IMG/VR virus record: IMGVR_UViG_3300048080_000159
Coordinates: 1 to 36,519 of that record
Source of the DNA: a virus
Lineage: Duplodnaviria; Caudoviricetes
Direction: 5' to 3' (one strand)
DNA length: 36,519 nt
The position numbers were made by a program, and so were the translations under genes. This document shows, one piece after another, positions 1 through 7,273 of this stretch. The notes beneath the pieces are model-generated. The model made no database searches, was not told the origin of the DNA, and saw only the letters and a program-made list of their open reading frames with translations. Numbering within the stretch: position 1 is the stretch's first letter; every line of letters starts with the position of its first letter.

Positions 1-184
1 TGCCGGACTTTCACAAAGTGCGAGTGCGCTGTCGCTGCACCTGTACAAGAAAGCCGGAAAGGATGGTCAAAAAATTGTGGGCCATGCGAGCGAGGGCATG
101 ACCAGAAACTACCAGCGAGACCACGAGGAAATCGTCTGGTCCGAAGCAATTCCGGACCTGAATATCAGCGAAATCACCGGGTAG
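1..184 (+). pseudogene. C-terminal remnant of a lambda-like tyrosine integrase from an older element, frameshifted; cut by the window edge
   Basis: The frame from nt 3 gives PDFHKVR (HxxR box). The frame from nt 2 continues ALSLHLYKKAGKDGQKIVGHASEGMTRNYQRDH...ITG-stop (GH...T..Y box II, TAG 182-184). The two catalytic motifs are in different frames. Confidence 0.75.
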
Positions 185-215
185 TTTTGCGCCAGTTTTG
201 CGCGGGTTTTGCGCA
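183..215 (+). repeat. Three tandem GTTTTGCGC repeats at 11-bp period; probable arm-type integrase sites of the older element
   Basis: agttttgcgcc agttttgcgcg ggttttgcgca lies directly after the integrase stop and before the att core. Confidence 0.6.
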
Positions 216-270
216 GACGCAAAAAAGCCGATCTATATGATCGACTTAAGTGTCTGATTCTACTCAGAAA

Positions 271-320
271 ATATGGTCGGGACGGAGTGATTCGAACACT
301 CGACCCCTAGCACCCCATGC
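271..320. repeat. Left att site: duplicated 3' part of tRNA-Pro
   Basis: ATATGGTCGGGACGGAGTGATTCGAACACTCGACCCCTAGCACCCCATGC is identical to 36410-36459. Confidence 0.97.
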
Positions 321-594
321 AAGCAGATGGGGCTGCACACCGCTAAACACATGACTCCATAAGGGGCGCTCGCTGCAACGATGCCCAACAGTGTTTAACG
401 TCGAGTGCCTTTGTCACTTGGAAATCCCTCGACCCCTAGCATTTTCCATCTCCGGCGTTCTGCCGACCTATAACAACCACCATGCTGCGCCTAAATTTAT
501 GCACAACACCGTTGTAGCTAAAGAATTTTCAGAACGTCTACGTCAGTTCTGCTAGCTTCATTGCGACGAATATCCATCCGACAGGAGATATGGA

Positions 595-828
595 ATGTCC
601 AACATTGACGTGTATTTGCCAGCAGTAGATGGATCGGAGTATCGACCAGTAGCGAAAGGAGACTCATGCAAGGATGCAGTTCATATCCTGTTCACCGACG
701 ACTTCGCCGCGCCACCGCATAGATTAGTGATCAAGATCACGACCGCCACCGGGAAGGTGGTGGAGGTCAGCATTCCCTATTCTGATATTGACAAGGCCAG
801 CGTACGGATAGACGGCGAGACGGTGTGA
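595..828 (+). CDS. Hypothetical protein, 77 aa
   Basis: Clean ORF with an AGGAG Shine-Dalgarno upstream; first gene inside the left att. Confidence 0.7.
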   Translation: MSNIDVYLPAVDGSEYRPVAKGDSCKDAVHILFTDDFAAPPHRLVIKITTATGKVVEVSIPYSDIDKASVRIDGETV

Positions 829-900
829 CCAAGATGACGCCTAAGACCTGGCAAGGTTACAGAAAATCGCTTATAGGCACGCGCAGTACTCGGAGGTTGG

Positions 901-1152
901 ATGAGCGATGAATGCGAGGTTGTTGATGTAGCTGGATTGGGGCGGATGCTTGGACGAACTGAGGCAGCGGTAAGACAAGGGATTAGCCGTGGCGTGGACT
1001 GGCTACCCAAGAGTTTCAGAATGGGATCGAGGCATTGCTGGCTCAAGGATGACGTGCGGGCGTTCCTGCTCGCCTGCCGGGATGGCGAGAACAAGAGACC
1101 GAAGGTCGGCAGAAAGCGCAAGATTCCACCGACACTGATCAGTATCAGGTGA
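901..1152 (+). CDS. Excisionase/AlpA-like winged-HTH DNA-binding protein
   Basis: GGAGG SD. The pattern VDVAGLGRMLGRTEAAVRQ...LPKSFRMGSRHCWLKDDVRAFL fits the RDF/MerR-like wHTH, with a basic tail. Confidence 0.75.
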   Translation: MSDECEVVDVAGLGRMLGRTEAAVRQGISRGVDWLPKSFRMGSRHCWLKDDVRAFLLACRDGENKRPKVGRKRKIPPTLISIR

Positions 1153-1201
1153 TGTCGGATCGGAAAATGACGTTTGCGCGGCGAGGCGCGAGGACACAAG
1201 C

Positions 1202-1399
1202 GTGATAGAGATAAAAGATATTGATCGTTTCCTTCGCCTCGACGAGGTGCTTCACACCACCGGGCTTGGGAGAAACACAGTTTATCGTCGGATCAGAGAA
1301 GGGACCTTTCCAAAACAAGTCAGGATAGGCCCCAACTCGGTGGCTTGGCGTCAGTCAGCAATCGTCAAATGGATGTTCGATCTAAACCCAGTCGATTAA
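1202..1399 (+). CDS. alpA: AlpA family regulator / recombination directionality factor
   Basis: RFLRLDEVLHTTGLGRNTVYRRIREGTFPKQVRIGPNSVAWRQSAIVKW is a typical AlpA signature; GAGG SD, GTG start. Confidence 0.92.
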   Translation: MIEIKDIDRFLRLDEVLHTTGLGRNTVYRRIREGTFPKQVRIGPNSVAWRQSAIVKWMFDLNPVD

Positions 1400-1438
1400 A
1401 CGCAGGAGCGTGTTGCGATCGAACTGCGGAGTGCAAAA

Positions 1439-1699
1439 ATGCGCTATTTAACCGTCAGGAAGTTTTCCAGCGAGTCAGGCTACACGGAGGCAGCAATAAG
1501 ATCGAAGATCGCGGACGGAACGTGGGTTGAAGATCGGGTCTGGAAGCGGGCGCCAGACAGTCGGATTTTGATCGACGTACAAGGATATGAGGAATGGGTC
1601 GAAAGCTTGGCAAGGCCACAGCTATTAATACAAAAATCACCGCGTCAAACGTCCAAAAATCGAAAACACGTAGCTCTAAGCCCGCCACCCTTCAAGTAA
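1439..1699 (+). CDS. Phage excisionase (orphan)
   Basis: MRYLTVRKFSSESGYTEAAIRSKIADGTW...WKRAPDSRILIDVQGYEEWVE matches the proteobacterial phage Xis pattern; GGAG SD. Confidence 0.85.
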   Translation: MRYLTVRKFSSESGYTEAAIRSKIADGTWVEDRVWKRAPDSRILIDVQGYEEWVESLARPQLLIQKSPRQTSKNRKHVALSPPPFK

Positions 1700-1725
1700 T
1701 GAGCTTGCTGGCTTGGCGCTGAGCG

Positions 1726-1772
1726 TGAGCCATGAGCCATGAGCCATGAGCCATGAGCCATGAGCCATGAGC
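1726..1772 (+). repeat. Heptamer tandem repeat (TGAGCCA)x6 plus TGAGC
   Basis: Read directly; degenerate units at about 1700 and 1720. Confidence 0.97.
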
Positions 1773-1857
1773 ATCCTTCTCGTTTTCAGACTGATCACGC
1801 AAGAAATGAGGCCGCAGCTCATCGCCCTACCCTCGCAGAATCCATTCGCCTCGATTA

Positions 1858-1873
1858 CTGTATATCCACACAG
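1858..1873. promoter_or_regulatory. LexA (SOS) box
   Basis: CTGTATATCCACACAG fits CTG-N10-CAG with palindromic TA flanks, about 20 bp upstream of GTG 1893. Confidence 0.85.
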
Positions 1874-1892
1874 TATCTATAGGCGTTACCTC

Positions 1893-2237
1893 GTGGACCC
1901 TTACGAAATCGAAGACACCAGCGACTGGCTGGGCTGCCCGACAGAGCTTGAAACCTGTCGCCACTACTTGCGCCTGCTGGAAAACGAAGTCCAAGAACTG
2001 AACCTGCAACTGCGCATGTCTAGAGAAACTATTTTCGGCCTGGTGAAAATGTATGACGATGCCTCCGCGCAGCGTGATGAGGCGATGAGCAATCTTCGGG
2101 AACGGTCGGGGGAACTCGCAATGGTGCGCAAGCAGCTGTACGATCTCGACATAATATCAAGAGGTCACAAGCGCGAAGCTGATCGACTCCGTGGGATTTT
2201 GAACGGCCTCACTCCGAACTCGAAAACGATAATCTAA
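1893..2237 (+). CDS. Putative SOS-inducible coiled-coil protein, 114 aa
   Basis: In-frame GTG (DPYEIEDTSDWLGCPTELETCRH...) just after the LexA box is preferred over the track start at 1767; heptad-rich. Confidence 0.75.
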   Translation: MDPYEIEDTSDWLGCPTELETCRHYLRLLENEVQELNLQLRMSRETIFGLVKMYDDASAQRDEAMSNLRERSGELAMVRKQLYDLDIISRGHKREADRLRGILNGLTPNSKTII

Positions 2238-2288
2238 ACCCAGCATTCGACATGAGGGATCTCACCAAACTTATACAAGCGGATCTGT

Positions 2289-3299
2289 CTACAACTTTAT
2301 CGATTTCAGCCAGCGCCACGCTTTGCATCCACATATCAGATAGGGAGCAATAGAAAGAACCAACACAAAATAAGGAGTTAATACCGGAATGTTTCGAAAG
2401 TTAGGCTCCATTTCTAGGAGGACTAACGGGACGATAATCCCGAACCCTGCGACCCAACTGAGCACCAACAAGCCAACCACGGAAAGTTCTTTAAAGCGAT
2501 ATCTCTGTTTTACTTTTTTCTTTACCTCTACGACATCCTGATACAGTGCTAAGTACCGCTGACCGTATTCGTTCATTCTTTGAAAGCCCGAAATAACCAT
2601 GGAGGCGTAATCAGTCGGATGCCGAGATGAGTAAAATTCTGTGAACCAGTCTCTCGTACGTTGTTCGTCCCATTTTGGGTCATTCCCTCGAACAGTGCGT
2701 GTATGCTCCACTTTTTCCTCGATCTCTGCCACTATCTTTGACGCCTCTATTTCAGAAGCTCTTCGAGCTAAAGCGGTATAACCTTCACCTGCGCTCGCCC
2801 AGCAAAAATCCAAATAGTTGACTCGCTCAGCTAATGCTTGGAACCTTTCAGCATCATCTATTGAGCTAAAATCACCCTTCTCCGTCTGGCTTGAAGCGAT
2901 CATGCTATACCCTTCGAAGGGGTAACTTACGTGGATTCTATAAAGCGTAGAGCAAAACGATTTGCATAGACTCAGCAGTACTTCATCGTCGAGAAATTCG
3001 AACTCATACGGATCCTCCACAACACTCTTGCGGCATTTAAGACGTGTATCTCTCAAGAGCGCTTGAACTTTCACCCAATCCAAACTTCCAGCATCATCAT
3101 ATATGTCTGGACTTCCTGCCTGAAAATGAAAAGCCGGACTAATAAAGTCCTTCATTCCTTTTCGAACTTCCTCAGCCCTATCTTCGAACTCGTAAATTTT
3201 CTGTTGCGCCTGAATAAAAAACGCGGACAAGAACGCAGTCCCAATCCCGAGGACGGTACCGTGTAATCCAGGCAAAGCAGCCAGCAGCTGTGATGGCAT
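2289..3299 (-). CDS. Moron: 336-aa membrane protein of unknown function (1 N-terminal and 2 C-terminal TM segments)
   Basis: Long ORF, visibly AT-richer than the structural genes; hydrophobic stretches VLGIGTAFLSAFFI, VVGLLVLSWVAGFGIIVPLVLL and YFVLVLSIAPYLIC. Confidence 0.85.
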   Translation of the reverse strand: MPSQLLAALPGLHGTVLGIGTAFLSAFFIQAQQKIYEFEDRAEEVRKGMKDFISPAFHFQAGSPDIYDDAGSLDWVKVQALLRDTRLKCRKSVVEDPYEFEFLDDEVLLSLCKSFCSTLYRIHVSYPFEGYSMIASSQTEKGDFSSIDDAERFQALAERVNYLDFCWASAGEGYTALARRASEIEASKIVAEIEEKVEHTRTVRGNDPKWDEQRTRDWFTEFYSSRHPTDYASMVISGFQRMNEYGQRYLALYQDVVEVKKKVKQRYRFKELSVVGLLVLSWVAGFGIIVPLVLLEMEPNFRNIPVLTPYFVLVLSIAPYLICGCKAWRWLKSIKL

Positions 3300-3495
3300 C
3301 CAAAGATCTCAACGAAATTTACAAAGCCGAAAGCAAACCTGCGTTCGGTTATCTACCAAACAGTATCTGAAAGGTAGCACATTAGAACAGCCCCCCAGCT
3401 CGCCTCTAGCCCCGGTCGTAAACACTAACTCTGTACCACAATCGTTACTCCGTGACGCCGGTTAAATGTTGACGCATCCCCCTCGGCCACTCTTT

Positions 3496-4020
3496 TCACT
3501 TCGATGCTGAGACTTCTCTTGCGTAGGCCTGACAAGCTGCCAGCGCTATCAATCCTTGGTCACCGTCGTCAGTGATGGCGATAATTCTTTGAGCATGCGC
3601 CGGGTCAAGTCTGGCGCGCGCTCCTCCATGAACCACGCCGCCGGCGCCGGTGCCGGCTGGCACTGAGCAGCCACCGGCTGCACCCGCAGCGTCGACGAGG
3701 ACTGACAACTGCAAATCAGAAGTGGCAAGGCGATCGCGCAGGCGAGCCTGATTGGTTTGAGCATCTGTCAGTTCCTTGTGGTGAGTTTGGTCGCTGGCCG
3801 AAAGGCGCTGCTCGAGCGCCAGGCGCCTGTCCTGATCGGCGCGCAGCTGTGCCGCCGCCGCGTTGCTGATTGCAGTCAGATCGTCCTGATGCAGGCCAGC
3901 CTGTTCGGCGAGTTGTTTGCCGTATCGCCAGTCCTGAACCTGCCACATGATTGCCGCGCTGCCGCCTATCAGCATCACGGCCAGTACCAGCAGGCCGAGC
4001 AGCTTCTGCACCGGAGTCAT
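3496..4020 (-). CDS. Rz: Rz-like inner-membrane spanin
   Basis: Start MTPVQKLLGLLVLAVML at 4020 overlaps the endolysin stop; N-terminal TM, WQVQDWRYG, coiled coil, ALAACQAY end. Confidence 0.88.
   Translation of the reverse strand: MTPVQKLLGLLVLAVMLIGGSAAIMWQVQDWRYGKQLAEQAGLHQDDLTAISNAAAAQLRADQDRRLALEQRLSASDQTHHKELTDAQTNQARLRDRLATSDLQLSVLVDAAGAAGGCSVPAGTGAGGVVHGGARARLDPAHAQRIIAITDDGDQGLIALAACQAYAREVSASK
3549..3764 (-). CDS. Rz1: Rz1-like outer-membrane lipoprotein spanin, embedded in Rz
   Basis: Signal peptide with lipobox-like LLICSC and a Pro-rich mature part, fully nested in another frame of Rz. Confidence 0.8.
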   Translation of the reverse strand: MLKPIRLACAIALPLLICSCQSSSTLRVQPVAAQCQPAPAPAAWFMEERAPDLTRRMLKELSPSLTTVTKD

Positions 4021-4445
4021 CACGGCACATCCTTGAAGAAGACATGGTGACCGAGCTGCAGCGTCTGCTTGCCCCCCTTCGTCCAAGTTGGGGGCTTCGG
4101 CATTGTGGTCGCGTAATAGTGCGTGGCGCCGCCGGTAGGATCCGGCGCAGTGCCGGCGATCACCTGGTCAGCGGCGATCTGCGCCTGGGCGAACTCGCGG
4201 AACGGAATCGGCTTCGCCCCGCTCAGGTAGGCGTAGTTCGGATCGTTCTTGTTCCAGCAACTGAACTGATACGGCTTTTGACACACACCCGCGTAGCCCT
4301 CCCCCCACCATGAGCGGTCCTTGCCGTCGAACACGCGGTTGCGAATGGCCCACGCCACGGCGATCTGCCCGGCCAGGCTTTCGCCACGCGCTTCGCCCCA
4401 AAGCGTGCGGGCAAGGATGTCGCGGTCTCTTTCAGTAACAGGCAT
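4020..4445 (-). CDS. Endolysin, SleB/Hydrolase_2-type cell wall hydrolase
   Basis: LARTLWGEARGE, NRV, YQFSCWN and DPTGGATHYY motifs; GGAG SD before ATG 4445. Confidence 0.92.
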   Translation of the reverse strand: MPVTERDRDILARTLWGEARGESLAGQIAVAWAIRNRVFDGKDRSWWGEGYAGVCQKPYQFSCWNKNDPNYAYLSGAKPIPFREFAQAQIAADQVIAGTAPDPTGGATHYYATTMPKPPTWTKGGKQTLQLGHHVFFKDVP

Positions 4446-4460
4446 CACTTTTCTCCAGGC

Positions 4461-4486
4461 AAAAAAATACCCGCTCAATGGCGGGT
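4461..4486 (-). terminator. Intrinsic terminator between tail fibre chaperone and endolysin
   Basis: Minus strand ACCCGC-loop-GCGGGT followed by a T tract. Confidence 0.7.
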
Positions 4487-4502
4487 GGCTCTACGGCTCA
4501 GG

Positions 4503-4910
4503 TTATGCAGGAAGGTTTGGCCAGTTGATCAGCTCAGGGTATCCAGCCTGAGACGGTACCCGGTTCAGCTGGACATAATAGGTCTTCCAGGCTTTCAACG
4601 ACGCCAGCTCCGCCGCGGTCGCCTCGTCTAAATCCACCGCGTACTGCAGGGGCGTGATCGCATAATCGGCGAACGCGCGCAGCCGGGCCGTCTCGGCCAC
4701 CGCCTCAGACAAAAAGTCGCGCGCAGGAACGGGGCGATCCACCAGAATCGGATAGCCGTTTTCGTCGGCGGCAATCTTCTTCCCATCAGTCTGACCGGCC
4801 AGCAGGGCCCGGCGCTGATCCGAAGTGATATCAATTGCGCCCTCTGGAACATCGCCAGCGTCCGGGACATCGTCGAATGACAGCGTTGCTGCAAAAAATA
4901 ATATGGCCAT
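4503..4910 (-). CDS. Tail fibre assembly chaperone
   Basis: LLAGQ..GK.I..DENGYP.L and ITPLQYAVDL...WK.Y.V.LNRV...YP..I.WP..P motifs; directly follows the fibre gene. Confidence 0.9.
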   Translation of the reverse strand: MAILFFAATLSFDDVPDAGDVPEGAIDITSDQRRALLAGQTDGKKIAADENGYPILVDRPVPARDFLSEAVAETARLRAFADYAITPLQYAVDLDEATAAELASLKAWKTYYVQLNRVPSQAGYPELINWPNLPA

Positions 4911-4914
4911 CCGC

Positions 4915-5634
4915 TTAGAACCCCGCAGAAATAAAGTGAAAGGTTGTGCCGGTCAGCCCAGACGAGGTGCGAGCAGTGACGTTAAACGAGCCCAGATTCG
5001 TGGGTTGCGCGCCGAACGTCACGTTCTGGGTAAAGTCCCGTGATTGGCAAAAGACCACGTAATTCAGGTTGGCATGGGACGTCGGTAGCGTTATCCCGTC
5101 AATGCCGTTGACGTTGCTGTTTGCAACACCCCACTGAACCAAAAAACCGCTGAGCCACGTCGGCAGCCCGATATAGCCATTGGCCCCCAGCAAGATCCTG
5201 AACCCCGCCCGGTTTTTCTTGGGCGTGACAATGGTCGAATCATCCGTGCCGGCGTTAGTCTGCGCTTGAGTCGCGATCTTGGCCCAACCAAATGCCGCTT
5301 CCGTCGCCTGCGCAACAACCGCGGCAATGGCCTGGAATACCCGAAGCGGAGTCATCCGTTTAGTGTTGTCAGTGCCGGCCACGGCCTCAGCCTGACTGGC
5401 GCTCGTCGCCTGGTTGCGCGTGTCGATGATCAGGCCAAGCGCCGCATTGAGCTGCGTATTGTCCTCCTCATCTGGAGTCAGCCCGGCCGCGGTGATCACA
5501 GCCAGCATTTCTTCCGTGACGGCATTGCCCCAGGCCGAAGGAATCAACGACCCCGGCGTGCCGACGAGCGGATCCTCATCGACAAATTTGCCATCGACCA
5601 GCCCAATGCTGGGTACGCTTATCGGAAAATCCAC
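4915..5634 (-). CDS. Short tail fibre protein
   Basis: MDFP..VP..GLVDGKFVDE N-terminus, ATQA..AGTDD..TP repeats, NGY..LP...L.VQWG C-terminal module. Confidence 0.85.
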   Translation of the reverse strand: MDFPISVPSIGLVDGKFVDEDPLVGTPGSLIPSAWGNAVTEEMLAVITAAGLTPDEEDNTQLNAALGLIIDTRNQATSASQAEAVAGTDNTKRMTPLRVFQAIAAVVAQATEAAFGWAKIATQAQTNAGTDDSTIVTPKKNRAGFRILLGANGYIGLPTWLSGFLVQWGVANSNVNGIDGITLPTSHANLNYVVFCQSRDFTQNVTFGAQPTNLGSFNVTARTSSGLTGTTFHFISAGF

Positions 5635-5645
5635 GGTCTTACCTC

Positions 5646-6245
5646 TCAGTCATAATTGATGTGCACAACGGTATGCGCCGGTGCCGACCGGCGTATTAAA
5701 CATTCGAGCGCGTTGCCGGGATTAGCGCCGAAGCGCTCACCCCAGTAGCTGACCCCGAAACGCCGACCCTGCCGATGACGGCCGCCGGTGTTGAGCGTCC
5801 ACATGAACTGCGCGCGCCAGGTGCCAAAGTGCGCTGCACCAAACCGAGAACGCCCAAAACGTGGCGCCCGATGTTCAGTAATGGTCGCGCCGGGATAGCC
5901 CTGACTCACCGCAATTTCAATAAAGTAAGCCGTGCTCTGCCCGCCAACCTCAACGAGACGCCTCCGTACGGAGAGGCGGCGATCTTCAAACGCGGGATTT
6001 GGGCCGAGGCAGGAGTCAGGCAACCCCATTACCACCTCCCAGTCCGGAACCAACTCACTCACACCCGAGGGGTCCATCTCGTTGAGCAGGTCTACTGCAC
6101 GGGCGTCCAGCCGGGAAAACTCCAGCGATACGCCCGCCAGCACCAGGTTAATCTCCGGAACCAACTCCGGATCCCATGCGGGGCCGGCAGGCAGAAGCCC
6201 GCGAAGCTGCTGACGGTATTGATCGGCGGTTCTCGCTACAGCCAT
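5646..6245 (-). CDS. Baseplate protein, YmfQ/Mu gp48-like
   Basis: LLP.GPAW, DWE.V.GLPD.C and LEC.I....PAHT motifs; synteny. Confidence 0.9.
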   Translation of the reverse strand: MAVARTADQYRQQLRGLLPAGPAWDPELVPEINLVLAGVSLEFSRLDARAVDLLNEMDPSGVSELVPDWEVVMGLPDSCLGPNPAFEDRRLSVRRRLVEVGGQSTAYFIEIAVSQGYPGATITEHRAPRFGRSRFGAAHFGTWRAQFMWTLNTGGRHRQGRRFGVSYWGERFGANPGNALECLIRRSAPAHTVVHINYD

Positions 6246-7273
6246 GTGATACCCCCAAAGGTCAGCAGTTGATTGGTGGCCGGTACGACATTGGTCGCAG
6301 GCGCTATCAACTGGTGATCGGTCTCGCCTGGTGATCCGCTGATCGCTTCACGGATATGGCTGATGAGTAAGGTTTCCCCCAACCCGGCTTCACGTTCGTG
6401 CAGGTCCAGCAACTGGGCCTGAATGCCAGCACGTACCGCGCTGGTGTCTGGTACCGCGCGAATGGTGTAGTGGACCGGAACTCTGTTCGGTGCGAGAACA
6501 AAGAGCTCTGCCGTTACCGGCCGCAGCGTCTCGATGTAGGTCTTCACTTCCGCGAGTTGCGCCGGATTAGGAACCGGATCGACGTCGCCATCGCGCATGA
6601 TGAATAAGCCAACGGTGCCAGGCCCCATGTAGTTACCGTGACACCAGGCACGAGTCACGCCGGCAACCTCCAACGCCCACGTCTCATAGTCGGCGGCAGA
6701 TCCACCGTGCGGGATAACCCGATAGGACCGCACCACTCGCGCACGCAGTGACTCAACGCTTTCCTTTGCGATGCCCCCCGTTAAGCCGGGAGCCAAAACG
6801 GTAAAAGTATTGGTAACGCCGGCCACCGGCTGGATCAGGCTCAAGGCAAGACCTGGATCAGCATTGCCAAGCGTGCCGGCGTCGACCGCCTCGATCGTGG
6901 TGGTGTTGAGTCCTGCCACCGTGGTCACGCCAGTCGTCACCTTATAGGTGCGACCATCACCGGCTTGTAGCACCACATCAACATCGAGCACTGCACCCGT
7001 AGCGGCAGAGAAGCTGACCAACCCTTCTGCTGGCTGAGCAGGGTTGCGCGGCTGATTCAGGCGCAGCAACGCAACCCGCTCAAGCGTTTCTTCGTCCGCC
7101 CGATCAGGCAGGATCTGCTCTGCGATCCAGTCGAGGTAGCCGTATAAACCAAAAGCCGTGCCGCCCAATGTTCTGGCCAGCACCTGCGCATCAGAACGGC
7201 GCAGCGAGTCAGAGGCCAAGTCACCTTGGGTACGGCCGATTAGGACAGGTAACGAAGGCGTTTCAAACGGCAT
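6236..7273 (-). CDS. Baseplate J-like / Mu gp47 wedge protein
   Basis: ES.ESLRARV and PHGG...DY..WALEV.GVTRAW motifs. Confidence 0.93.
   Translation of the reverse strand: MPFETPSLPVLIGRTQGDLASDSLRRSDAQVLARTLGGTAFGLYGYLDWIAEQILPDRADEETLERVALLRLNQPRNPAQPAEGLVSFSAATGAVLDVDVVLQAGDGRTYKVTTGVTTVAGLNTTTIEAVDAGTLGNADPGLALSLIQPVAGVTNTFTVLAPGLTGGIAKESVESLRARVVRSYRVIPHGGSAADYETWALEVAGVTRAWCHGNYMGPGTVGLFIMRDGDVDPVPNPAQLAEVKTYIETLRPVTAELFVLAPNRVPVHYTIRAVPDTSAVRAGIQAQLLDLHEREAGLGETLLISHIREAISGSPGETDHQLIAPATNVVPATNQLLTFGGITWL

Noticed and set aside
274-320. Second tRNA gene
   Set aside because: Only the 3' 47 nt are present; it is the att duplication.
530-551. Inverted repeat CAGAAC-N10-GTTCTG upstream of the 595 gene
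   Set aside because: Six-bp arms and a single occurrence; compatible with chance.
848-862. CTGGCAAGGTTACAG as a LexA box for the RDF array
   Set aside because: The spacer is 9 nt rather than 10.
1726-1772. Possible CRISPR array
   Set aside because: Contiguous 7-bp units with no spacers and no cas genes.
1767-1892. N-terminal 42 aa of the 156-aa track ORF as the normal start
   Set aside because: It spans the LexA box and promoter and has no SD; GTG 1893 fits better. Kept only as a possible repeat-dependent extension.
4503-5634. Tail fibre diversification system (DGR or invertible segment)
   Set aside because: No reverse transcriptase, invertase, template repeat or inverted cassette in the window.
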